From contig BCKZ01000008.1 of assembly GCA_001600815.1 (NCBI GenBank), positions 62,001 to 126,000 of the forward strand: DNA of 64,000 nucleotides, in the 5' to 3' direction. The notes under the pieces are model-generated. The model did not search any database. It was not told where the DNA came from and saw only the letters and a list, made by a program, of their open reading frames with translations. Made by a program: the position numbers and the translations under genes. The DNA is from Alloascoidea hylecoeti. Its lineage: Eukaryota. This document shows, one piece after another, positions 33,984-44,605 of this stretch (positions within the stretch are counted from its first letter, which is position 1; the number at the start of each line of letters is the position of its first letter).

Positions 33984-36900
33984 CTATATAAACATCGCAT
34001 CACATTGAATCTTACACCTTCCTAAACTTCTTAAAACACAATTATTCAATAATCTAATTTCTTCATTTAATATGTCCCAATGTAATCCATCTTCAATATT
34101 TTCATTAATATTTTCTTGTTGTTGAATATCTAACTTATTGTCCCAACTTATAGTTTCTATATTATAATTTTTATAATTTGTAGTAGTTTTAATTAAAAAA
34201 TTAATAACTAATCTTAATAAACCAACAGAATAATTTTTATTTTTTATAATTGATAAACCATTTGATAAAATTAAAAAAGCTTCATAATAATTAAGTTTTT
34301 TTTTTTTATGGGGGAAATTTTGATTATTTAATTGAATTTGATTATATATTTGTAATGCATAATTTGTTAAATCGATTTGAATACGTTTTAAATAATCAAT
34401 TCCATTAATTTTTGAATTAAAATTTGATGAATTTGATGATTCTGATGATAATGAAGAAGAAGAAGATGAGGAAGATGATGATGTTGCTTTTGTCTCTAAT
34501 TCAAAATCTTCAGGTCCTTCAAGACAATAACCATAAGCCCAACAAACCAAAGTACAAATTGCAATCATATATAAATTCTTCCCATCAGGTAAATTAAAAG
34601 GAGTTTCATTCCCATTAACATCACCATATCCATTTTCATCCATATCAATATTCTCATCTTTATTCAAATTATCTCTTAATTTATTAAAATCATTAATATT
34701 AATTTTAATATCATCGGTAAACATCCTAATTAAATCATCATACCAATTTTGTTCATTTTTTGATAAAAATATTTTACTTAAACAAATAATTCCATGTAAA
34801 TAACATATTTTACCATTTAAACCAATTGACCAATTATTTATCTTAAGTTTTGAATTTTGCCATTCTTTTGATAAATTAATTGAATGATTTAACATTTTTG
34901 GTGCACCAGCATAAATTTGTAAATCATCAAGTTTAACTTTTAATCCAATTATTGATGTATGAAATAATAATGAATTTGATATATATAAGTTTCGATTACA
35001 ATTAATCCCTTTAATCAAATTTGATTTATCGTTATAATACCAAAAACTTATTGCTGGTGCAAGGATTTCTCTCCATCTGTAATCATAAGAAGATTTTTTC
35101 AATATATTATCATTTGAAAATTTAGATTGATAATTCATACTTAAATTTCCATTCCCATTACTATTATTATTATTCAAATTATTAATGTTTTGAGATGATA
35201 AATTTGAAGATGATAACCCTAAACTATTAAATTGTAATTCTTGTTGTTGTAATTGATAAGAAACAGCAATCATTCCAGAAAATAAAACAGTATAACCAAA
35301 AGAAGAAGTTTTAACAGATTTGCCATGTAAAATATCTTTTAAAGCAGTTAAAAATGAAATTCCTGTAACAATTGTTGATTCAGTAATTGTTGAAATTGAA
35401 CCTAATGAACTATCAATTGAATTAGGAGAATCATTATTAATTTGTTGAATGTTGTAATTTCCAATTGAAGTAGGAAATCTTCGATTTAAATCATAATCAG
35501 TAGAATTACAATAAATATATTCTTCCCATAATTCATCAGAACAAGGTAAATTCAATCTTATTTCATTTATATTTAAAATAATTGAATGTGTGAAAAAAAT
35601 AGCATCCATAACATCAATATAAAAACAAAATAATGCAACTCTTTTAGTTTCTTCAATTTTAATCCATTTATGCCATGATGATTTATCAACGAAATTCTCT
35701 TCTACACTTCCACTACCATTTTCACCATTTTCATTATCACTATTATTATTATTATCATTTTCTAATAATGCAGAAGATCGTCTTAATAATTGAATTGTTG
35801 TACCATGATGTAAATGAGATCTTTCATGTAATTTTCTATTACTCATATTTTTTTCATAAAATTCTAATAATAACAAAGATTGAATAACCCATAATTTTGC
35901 AGGTGGATTAAATTCATCTAAACTAAATAAAATCCATCTTAAATCAGTTGCTAAATAATTAGCTAAATCGATTTTTTCATCATTACCATTTTCATTATCA
36001 TAATCTAATTGAGTTTCTTTTTCATTTGAATCATGTTTATGAATGTTTTTCTTTTTAATAAAAAATTGTGGATTTAAAAATTGTTCATAAGCAATTCCAA
36101 TCAACACAATTGATAATAAAAATGAAGAATTAATTTCATTTATTTTAAATGTTGGATAATGTAAAATTGGAAATCTTGGATGGAAAAAATTCCAATAATT
36201 TTTAATATATTTTTGAAAACTTAAAACTGATAATAAATCTTTAGTATCATTATTATTATTCATTAATGATAATAGTGGTATTAATGAAATCATTTCATTA
36301 ACTTTTGATTCAGATATTTGAATATCATTTTCAGTTGGTGGTGATGGTGGTGATATAACATGTGGTATTTCAATTGATTGAGTAGTATTTGAAAAAATTG
36401 AGTATGGATATTGATGATTGAAATAATCTGAGGTTTGATTATTATAATGATGATGATGATGATGATGATGATGTTGATGTTGATGTTGATTTTGATGTGG
36501 TTGAAAATTATTAACTTTAACGTTAAAATTTTCATTATTATTGGATATAGATGGTATAGATGGTGGTATGGGTGGTATAGTTACAGGAATATCCAATTCC
36601 AACTCTGGAATTGAAGGTTGGATAAAAGTTGTTGGAGTAGAAGTAACAGGATTATTAGGAGGAGTCAAATTAAAGTTTGTAATGGATCCATTTGTAGATA
36701 GAGTATCAGAACCAGGAGTTGGAGTAGTAAATAACCAGGATAATAAATCAATTTCATTAAGATTTATACCAGAATGAGAAGGTGAAATTCTATTTGGTAA
36801 AGGAGTTATAATTTCATTTGATATTGGATTTGGATCTGAAATTGGAAAAGAATTTAAATCTGAAAACGAACAAGAGCCTGGATTAACATTCCCATTTAAA

Positions 36901-37433
36901 GAATTTAAAATACTTAAATCTAAATTTAAATCCATATCAAGATCCATTTGCAATTGATTATCAGGAAGAGAGGTTGGAACTTCTGATTCTTGTTTGATAT
37001 AATCGTTTGTATTTGTGTCTGTATTCATGTGTGTATTTGAGTCATCCGAAATTTTCCGTTGTTTTTTCCTAAGTCTTGTAGTGGATGAAGAAGAAGATCT
37101 GTTCAACAGTTTTAAACGACGTGTTTCATGTCTTCTCAAGTGGCGTTGTAACAAATCATCTCTTACAAACTTTTTGGCACAATTTGGCCAAGAACAAGTG
37201 AAAATTTGCTTCGGGAAATGATTCAATTGATGTCTTTGCAAATGTTCGAACCTTGTGAACCTCTTGCCGCAGTCTTTGACATCACACAAGAAGATTTTGG
37301 CAGAACGCCTTTTGGCCCCGGCAGCAGGCGTCGTAGCAGCACCGGTCGTGGCAGCAGTACCGGTGGAGGTGGACGGGGCGGAAGAGGTGAGGGGGCGGGG
37401 ATGGGGACGGACAGGGGCAGGGCGGGCACTCAT
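33984..37433 (-). CDS. C2H2 zinc-finger transcription factor with fungal-specific TF (middle homology) domain
   Basis: Two C2H2 fingers (CDVKDC..FTRFEHLQRHQLNH; CSWPNC..FVRDDLLQRHLRRH), a poly-His tract, and Fungal_trans-type motifs YWNFFHPRFPILHYPTF, WIKIEETKRV and LPCSDELW. Confidence 0.9.
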   Translation of the reverse strand: MSARPAPVRPHPRPLTSSAPSTSTGTAATTGAATTPAAGAKRRSAKIFLCDVKDCGKRFTRFEHLQRHQLNHFPKQIFTCSWPNCAKKFVRDDLLQRHLRRHETRRLKLLNRSSSSSTTRLRKKQRKISDDSNTHMNTDTNTNDYIKQESEVPTSLPDNQLQMDLDMDLNLDLSILNSLNGNVNPGSCSFSDLNSFPISDPNPISNEIITPLPNRISPSHSGINLNEIDLLSWLFTTPTPGSDTLSTNGSITNFNLTPPNNPVTSTPTTFIQPSIPELELDIPVTIPPIPPSIPSISNNNENFNVKVNNFQPHQNQHQHQHHHHHHHHHYNNQTSDYFNHQYPYSIFSNTTQSIEIPHVISPPSPPTENDIQISESKVNEMISLIPLLSLMNNNNDTKDLLSVLSFQKYIKNYWNFFHPRFPILHYPTFKINEINSSFLLSIVLIGIAYEQFLNPQFFIKKKNIHKHDSNEKETQLDYDNENGNDEKIDLANYLATDLRWILFSLDEFNPPAKLWVIQSLLLLEFYEKNMSNRKLHERSHLHHGTTIQLLRRSSALLENDNNNNSDNENGENGSGSVEENFVDKSSWHKWIKIEETKRVALFCFYIDVMDAIFFTHSIILNINEIRLNLPCSDELWEEYIYCNSTDYDLNRRFPTSIGNYNIQQINNDSPNSIDSSLGSISTITESTIVTGISFLTALKDILHGKSVKTSSFGYTVLFSGMIAVSYQLQQQELQFNSLGLSSSNLSSQNINNLNNNNSNGNGNLSMNYQSKFSNDNILKKSSYDYRWREILAPAISFWYYNDKSNLIKGINCNRNLYISNSLLFHTSIIGLKVKLDDLQIYAGAPKMLNHSINLSKEWQNSKLKINNWSIGLNGKICYLHGIICLSKIFLSKNEQNWYDDLIRMFTDDIKININDFNKLRDNLNKDENIDMDENGYGDVNGNETPFNLPDGKNLYMIAICTLVCWAYGYCLEGPEDFELETKATSSSSSSSSSSLSSESSNSSNFNSKINGIDYLKRIQIDLTNYALQIYNQIQLNNQNFPHKKKKLNYYEAFLILSNGLSIIKNKNYSVGLLRLVINFLIKTTTNYKNYNIETISWDNKLDIQQQENINENIEDGLHWDILNEEIRLLNNCVLRSLGRCKIQCDAMFI
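37375..37426 (+). other. G-quadruplex-capable G-run cluster on the template strand of the TF 5' end
   Basis: Seven runs of 3-5 G within 52 nt (GGGG..GGGGGCGGGGATGGGGACGGACAGGGGCAGGGCGGG). Confidence 0.6.
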
Positions 37434-38310
37434 TGTTTACTGTGTTTAGTGGTAACATTCATGGACTCAGACGTAAATAATAACGCAGATCTAAAATCAG
37501 CAATTCAAAGCAAATAAATAGTAAATTAACAAATCATTTGTCCCCACAAGCCGTGTGCCAATAGGTCCCGGATTTTCTGTTGTCTGTCACTGTGCCCGGG
37601 TCGCTTTTGTACCAATCGTCCATTTTACACACACACAGCCGGGTTTCTACCGGGAGGTATCCGGGTTCGGGTGCGTCTCCTGATCATCCGGGTAACTGCG
37701 GGGTACTGCCTCCAATTGGTGTGCTGCACGAGGGGCATATTCGCAGTTTGTTTCGCACTTCTGGTGATGTCACAGGTCCACAATTCCTATATTTATATTC
37801 AACTATATAAATTTAAATAGACACATTCCTCATCTATATGAAAAAGAGTGATAGATCACTACTACTTCCAGGGGCATTGCTGCCAGGGACACAAACCTAA
37901 ACATACCGCACTCCATTCCAAAAGGGTTTCAGACTAATTTATTATCATTACAACAGCACAAACGCAACGCAAAGTGAATCATATTAACAAGTTCAAAGTT
38001 CAAAGTTCAAAGTTCAAGAGATGCACGTATGTAAAAGTGAAGAAAAGTTAATTTGTCTCGGCCACCATCCATACATTATTATTATTATTTAATAATATTT
38101 ATAATCGACTACATATGGAATTCTCAATTTGTTTGAAACATTTCGAATATTTCTAAGATTATTCATATAAATATAAGATTCGATAAAACTCCCCTTTCAT
38201 TTCTTTTCCCAATCCTCAACTTCTTAAATATTTTAGAAATACCGGTTGTTGCTTTCCTTTTATAACAAGCTTATACACTCATTACTCATTTTTACTTCTA
38301 AATAAACAAT

Positions 38311-39417
38311 ATGATTTATAACACTTATATCAATACTGCTTTATTGTTGGCTTCTGTATCCGTTGCTGCTCCAGCTGGTGATTTACTTGCAAGAGACGAC
38401 TTACAAGTCGCCGAAGGAAACAACAAAGCCTTAACGATTCCTCCAATTTATGTCTCTTCTGGTGTGGTTTCTACTGTCCCTAATAATGTCGTTGGTGGTA
38501 ATAATTTCGCTACACAATCTGCTCCTGGATCTCAATCAGGTGCATCTTACACTGCTCCTTCTCATACTTCGGCACCTCATGCCTCGAGTTCAGCTTCAGC
38601 TTCATCTGGATCTTTCTCAGCTTCAGCTTCTGTCTCTGCTAGTGTCTCAGGTTCTGCCTCAGGCTCAGGTTCAGGTTCTGCCTCTGATGATTATGCCGCC
38701 TTAACTACCGGTGCTGAGAAACCATTAACAATTCCACCTGTTTATGTATCATCGGGTTCTTCCGTTGTTGCATCATCAGTATCAAATGGTGTCGTTGGTG
38801 GTAATGATTACTGGTCTCAAAGTTCATACGGTCCCGTTTCAGGCGCTTCTTATGGTGTTTCAGCTTCAGCCTCTAGTTCTGCAAACTCATCTGCCTCTGC
38901 TGCATCTTCTTCAATTACTTCAAGTGCCAGTGATGATTATGCGGCTTTAACAACAGGTGCTGAAAAACCATTAACAATTCCACCTGTTTATGTATCATCA
39001 GGTTCATCTGTTATTGCATCATCAGTATCAAATGGTGTTGTTGGTGGTAATGATTACTGGTCTCAAAGCTCATACGGACCGGTTTCTGGTGTTACATACG
39101 TTACAACTTCCGGATCTGCAAGTGCAAGCTCATCTGCCTCAGCTGCATCTGCGTCAATAACATCCTCCACAACCGATGATTACGCCGCATTAACAACAGG
39201 TGCTGAAAAACCATTAACAATTCCACCTGTTTATGTATCATCAGGCTCATCTGTTATTGCATCATCAGTATCAAATGGTGTTGTTGGTGGTAATGATTAC
39301 TGGTCTCAAAGCTCATATGGACCAGTTTCTGGTGTTACTTATGTTACAACTACATCATCTGAACCTTATTATACATCTTCTGGAAATTCATCTACTCTAA
39401 CCACTTCTTTCCTTTAA
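38311..39417 (+). CDS. Secreted Ser/Ala-rich protein with four internal ~55-aa repeats (cell-surface candidate)
   Basis: Signal peptide and pro-segment ending LLAR. One diverged and three near-identical units DDYAALTTGAEKPLTIPPVYVSSGSSV(V/I)ASSVSNGVVGGNDYWSQSSYGPVSG, separated by Ser/Ala linkers. Confidence 0.85.
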   Translation: MIYNTYINTALLLASVSVAAPAGDLLARDDLQVAEGNNKALTIPPIYVSSGVVSTVPNNVVGGNNFATQSAPGSQSGASYTAPSHTSAPHASSSASASSGSFSASASVSASVSGSASGSGSGSASDDYAALTTGAEKPLTIPPVYVSSGSSVVASSVSNGVVGGNDYWSQSSYGPVSGASYGVSASASSSANSSASAASSSITSSASDDYAALTTGAEKPLTIPPVYVSSGSSVIASSVSNGVVGGNDYWSQSSYGPVSGVTYVTTSGSASASSSASAASASITSSTTDDYAALTTGAEKPLTIPPVYVSSGSSVIASSVSNGVVGGNDYWSQSSYGPVSGVTYVTTTSSEPYYTSSGNSSTLTTSFL

Positions 39418-41249
39418 AAAATTTAAATATTAATAAAGTTTTTAAATTTAAATTATAATTAAGTTGTATTGATTTTAGGGCATAAAGAAATCATATTAAA
39501 AAAGGCATAATTATAAGCAATTATAACAGAATTCCAAAACCGTTCTTATTTTTTTTTCTTTTTTTTCATAATTACATATATTCAAATAAATATATGTTAT
39601 ATTGTTTTTGTTAATTATTTATTGTTTATTTTACTACTTTTTAAAAAATAAGATTAGTCTCTTATATTCTTTTTTAATATAGATATTTTAGAAATAGTTA
39701 TAATTTTCTATAGCTCTTAATTCTCAATTTCATAATTTACTTTTCTTAATTGTAAACTTCATTAATTAACATCTAACATTCTAACATTCTAACAGTATTG
39801 CAATTGAATTTGTATGGATTACCGGTACGGTGTTATAGCTAGCTGACGACTATAGCTAGTTATGATTAAATTTGCAATTGTGTATAGTTTATAGATAGCA
39901 AATTATATTATATCTTCCAACCGCAATTAATCATAGGAAGGTTTAGATCTAGGATAAAATCTAAGCTTAAGTTTAAACTTTTTAATCTTATAATTATCTA
40001 ATTGATCTGATTATTATGTTCCAGAAAATCTTTTCAAATGGTAATTAATGGTATTGTTAATTATGATATACTACAAGTGACATAAAAATTAATCGTTTTA
40101 TTTAAATTTGACGCTCTCTTCTATAGCAATTAATTATTAATTTCGTTAAGGTTTGACTGAATATTAACTATGTTATTTGAAATTTAACAGATAAAGGAAA
40201 AACTGATCATAATTAAAATTATTGTATTATGCGAAGAGTAAACGTATATGATAGTTATATCTGATCCCTAGGGTTGTAATTATGTTATGTTAACATTGTG
40301 GAAAGTATGAGTATGACAGAACTTAATTAAAAGACATTATATTTTTGAAGAATTTATCCCGAAAATATACATATACAGTTGCAATTGCAAGCTTATATTT
40401 TTCATTAAGCATAAAGAAGAAGACGTTTTTCAGGAACATGTTGTAGGTTGACCTATGGGTACATCCATGCATACATATGCATATGCAAAATATTATGCAT
40501 ACAACCATTCCAGTTAATTTACGCTATCCGGTAGACTAAATATTAGGCCACTTTTGAAGCTAAATATTTGACCTAATGACGATTATTGTTCGGCCATGTT
40601 GATGAATTATCCGCTACGTCTTCCTTATTCTATTGGTCCCATTGCCAATTTGCTATCGTTCTGTTGTCATTGATAAGGACTATATAGACATATACTTTAC
40701 CTCTTGTTTTTGTTGGTTCACTGTGAGGCGTTACACAAAAATAAAATCGAATGCACACATTTTAGAGATCCTCTATCTAGATCTTCCTTAAAGCATAGTG
40801 TAGTAACTGTAAAATATCAAAATAAATACTATTATACACTTAATTATAAATCTACACATATATCATATATATATACAGTATATTTAATTAGGAATATTTT
40901 CCTAGGCTCAATAGTCTAGGTTCCTCACTATAAAGTAGTATGCAATTAGTCTGTTATGATAAAAGTTATTACAACAAGACCCATGAAATATATTTTCTTA
41001 AAATGCTTTTCGAGAGTCCCAAAAAGCTTTAATCGCTTATACAAATGTACATAAGAACATTGGAAATGACAGTAACCTTTTTATGTAATTACATTAATTT
41101 CAGTTCTTGAACATGATCAGTAGTTTTTATCATTTTATGTCCTTTCGTAACATATACATGTATATAACTCCAAACATTTAAGGTGAAGTCAGTTTTGCTG
41201 TAGTGTTTTACCTGGGGTCTTCCAATTCACTATTTAATAGGTATATCCA

Positions 41250-41965
41250 CGAATATGAGCCTTACCTTCTTCGAATACACCTTCCAACCTTTTCCTTTGA
41301 TCTTAAACCTTCCACAACCCATATTTCTCTTAATGCCGCCCAATCCAAGCCCTTTATATCGCAATGCAATGCAACACAACAAAATTGATCGTGATATCAT
41401 CGACACGCAAACTTTTCTACGAAGCTTTTCCAAAAAAGTGATGAGATTTACTTTAAACACATTAAACCGGCCTCGATTTCTGTTACGACTTCCTATATAT
41501 TCAAATCTATCAACAACTCACACCATATCTTTGCAGCTTCCTCGGGAGCTTTTTTGATAAATAACACCTTTTGATACTTTCACCAAATGTCCTATTGAAT
41601 CTCCCTTCCAACACACCATACAACTTGTACCTGGTAAATCCCAGTCAAGAAAAAAACTTCTGATGGCTCTACCTCCTGGCGTCTAGTTATCGACTACCAT
41701 TTACCGAAATATTAATGCCCAAACAGTAAAATGACATTTTCAGAATTATTGTTATTATTATTATTATTATTATTTAATATACCTGGTATATGTTATAGAG
41801 TTTATCCTCCTTAATTTTTCAAAGCCTCTTCATACATCATTAAATTCAACTCACAATTATTCATATCGTAGTCTCTGTGTATTCCAATACTGTTCTTGAC
41901 AGGTAAAGCAAGAAGACATATTAAAGACCATATTGCAATAGTTACGCCAAAAGGTCGTATGATTG
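41250..41965 (+). mobile_element. Ty3/gypsy pol relic (RT N-terminal part)
   Basis: PFQHTIQLVPG (41603), VKKKTSDGSTSWRLVIDY (41644), INAQTVK, QVKQEDILKT and VTPKGR in gypsy order. Broken by frameshifts, deletions and a (TTA)n tract. Confidence 0.8.
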
Positions 41966-42184
41966 TTGATCATGACTAAGAGTAGATATCTAACAAGACA
42001 ATAATGTCAGTATGATATTTATTTGGTTCATTAATTGACCACACAGTTAAGTCGAATGATTGCAAGTCTATAGTAAACTTGACAGATGCATATGCAAATA
42101 ATGTTTTCATTTATTTGCGGTTTAAAAATTGTAAAAGTGACGGAAAAGGTTTACCAGTATACCGTTATAGCATATAGGCCTATA

Positions 42185-44398
42185 CCGTCAGGTCTATAGA
42201 TACTAGGATTCCGGACACAAAATAATTGATATTTTCAACCACAAATAATTCAACATCAGATTCAGATTGATTTTGAACTTGAGTACGATTTTTTAACCAA
42301 CTAATATAAATTAAATTTAATACTATCACTAAAATCTATTTAATCTCGTAATTCTGATAATGATTTTTCAATATACACATTTTGTGTTTTCTGTTGTGGA
42401 GTAGGATTTTTTCTCCAATTTAGAGTATTTAGCTTACTAGAGTCAGTAGCACCAGTCTTTTCAACATAATTTTCGGTATCTATTATTATCTGGAAAGTTT
42501 TTATTCGGGTATCATTGGATGAGTCAAAGTTCATATGATATATTAGAATTAGCTTTATGGTACCTACTGTCGTAAGGCGTGAGAAATAGGGTGGTTTGAG
42601 GAATTATGACCAGCCATCCAAAAACGCGATGATCGGGAGCATATAAAACGTCGTCTTTCAATCGCCACCAAACCTCCATCATAACTCCAAATGGCTCGTA
42701 CAAGATCTGTGCAGAATGAGAATGAGCGTCAGAATATGTTAGTCAATGCTGCTATCGATTATAAGAGAAAACACATGAATCAGTCGTTCCGGAAGGTTTC
42801 TAAAATATTCTCTGTTCCAAGATCAACTTTAAACGATCGTTTCAATGGTTCATCATCACACAAGGATTCCCACATTTCTCAAATGGTTCTAACTCCCCTT
42901 GAGGAGCAGGAGCTTGTTCGGAGGCTGTTTTTTTTTCTCGAAAAATGGGTGTGCCGCTAATTTAAAACGGTTTCGTGAGAGGGTAGATAATCTAGTATAC
43001 GAACGCGTTCAAAAAGATCCTTTAAAATTACCCACCAAAAACAAGACAACGTCGCATTTCTGTTCGCGTAATTATCATATGCCTTTTATGTTCCGACATA
43101 CCACCTTGTCATACAAAAAGATGCGTAAATTAGATGCCTATAGGTTTCCAAGTATATCCGCGAATGGTATACACTGCTCCATCAGGCTATCAAAACAACA
43201 CCAGAATCTCATATTTGGAACTTGGATGAAACTAGCACCCAGCTTGGAGTCACCGATGAAGGGGAAAAGCGATTTGTGTCCTACTCAAAAGAAGTTTGCT
43301 CAAATTAAATTCCCGAGAGCTGAGCTCATCTCGTCTGTCGAATGCGTATGTGCCGATGGTTCTAGGACTGCTCCACTCATTATATTTTAAAAAAAAGCAG
43401 GATGATGATGTCTCACCTGCTTGGGTACCTGATAATGAAGATAGGACATTAAAGAATTGGGTATTTACATGTTCCAGTTCTGGTTATATAAATGGTGATT
43501 TGATATTGAGATGGTTACACGAATTATTTTTACCCCATATTGCGTATGAAGAAGGACACATTATTTTATTAGATGGCCATTCGAGTCATATCTCCTTTCA
43601 ACTAGTCATGGAATTCATTAAATATGGCATTCGACTCTTTATTTTGCCAGCCCACATTAGTCAGTCAACGCAGGTGTTGGACGTCTCTTGCTTTGGTCCT
43701 CTTAAAAAAGTTGAAAAACATCTATGACGAAATACTAGTAGATAAACCCAACAATCATAGAGCACAAAAAAGAGAATTCGTTGAAATATATAAGAAGGCC
43801 AGATCTGATGCAATAACAGCTAGAAATATTCGTTCTGGTTATAAGGCAACCAGAATATACTCATTTGAGTCAGAGAAGATTATCGAAATTTGGAAAAAGT
43901 TTGGGTAGCAGAAAACGAGGAAGAAAATTTAATTTTATATGAAGATTTTGAGGGAGAATTAAAATTCGAAACGTTTGTGAACGAAGCTCGTGTAACGATG
44001 TTGGAAAGGCTGAAAATATATGATATGTCGGAGGATGAATTTCGTGCTTGGAAGAATTAGCTTAGGGGTGCAAACAGGCTTTATTATCAAGTACATCTAC
44101 CAATATTCTTGAAGAAAGCACTCATAACACATAATTCCCCTGAGATAACGAAGAGAAATGCTTGTCGTGAGATTGGTGCTGCTGAGCTGAATACACCAAG
44201 TCGGAGAAAAAATCCCACTCCACAACAGAAAACACAAAAAGTGTATATTGAAAAATCATTATCAGAATTACAAGATTAAATAGATTTCAGTGATAGTATT
44301 AAATTTAATTTATATTAGTTTTTGGTTAAGAAAATGGTGGTTGAACATATCAAATATGTTGAATCCTAGTACCGTCCGGTATCTACAGACCTTGACGG
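42185..44398 (+). mobile_element. pogo/Fot1-family DNA transposon, frameshifted transposase (42691 to about 44279), long TIRs
   Basis: HTH start (SFRKVSKIFSVPRSTLNDR), WNLDET, ILLDGHSSH and LPAHISQSTQVLDVSCFGPLK spread over several frames. Ends are TA|CCGTCA..TGACGG|TA, with inverted homology between about 42185-42457 and 44171-44398. Confidence 0.9.
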
Positions 44399-44605
44399 TA
44401 TATATGAAAATTATTAGCTTATTATAAGACATAAATTAGTTAAAAAATTAAAATTGTAATTATAATATAAATATTTATTGGTATTTAAATTGATATACAT
44501 TGTAGCTAAGCTCATATTTAATAATTATAAAAAGGTTATATGCGGATCCATATAAAATTGGTTTAGTTATACGTTTCTAAACTTAAGAACAAGAAATGAA
44601 GAATT

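Noticed and set aside
38311..39417. Kex2-processed RiPP or pheromone precursor cluster
   Set aside because: No dibasic sites between repeats and no tailoring enzymes nearby.
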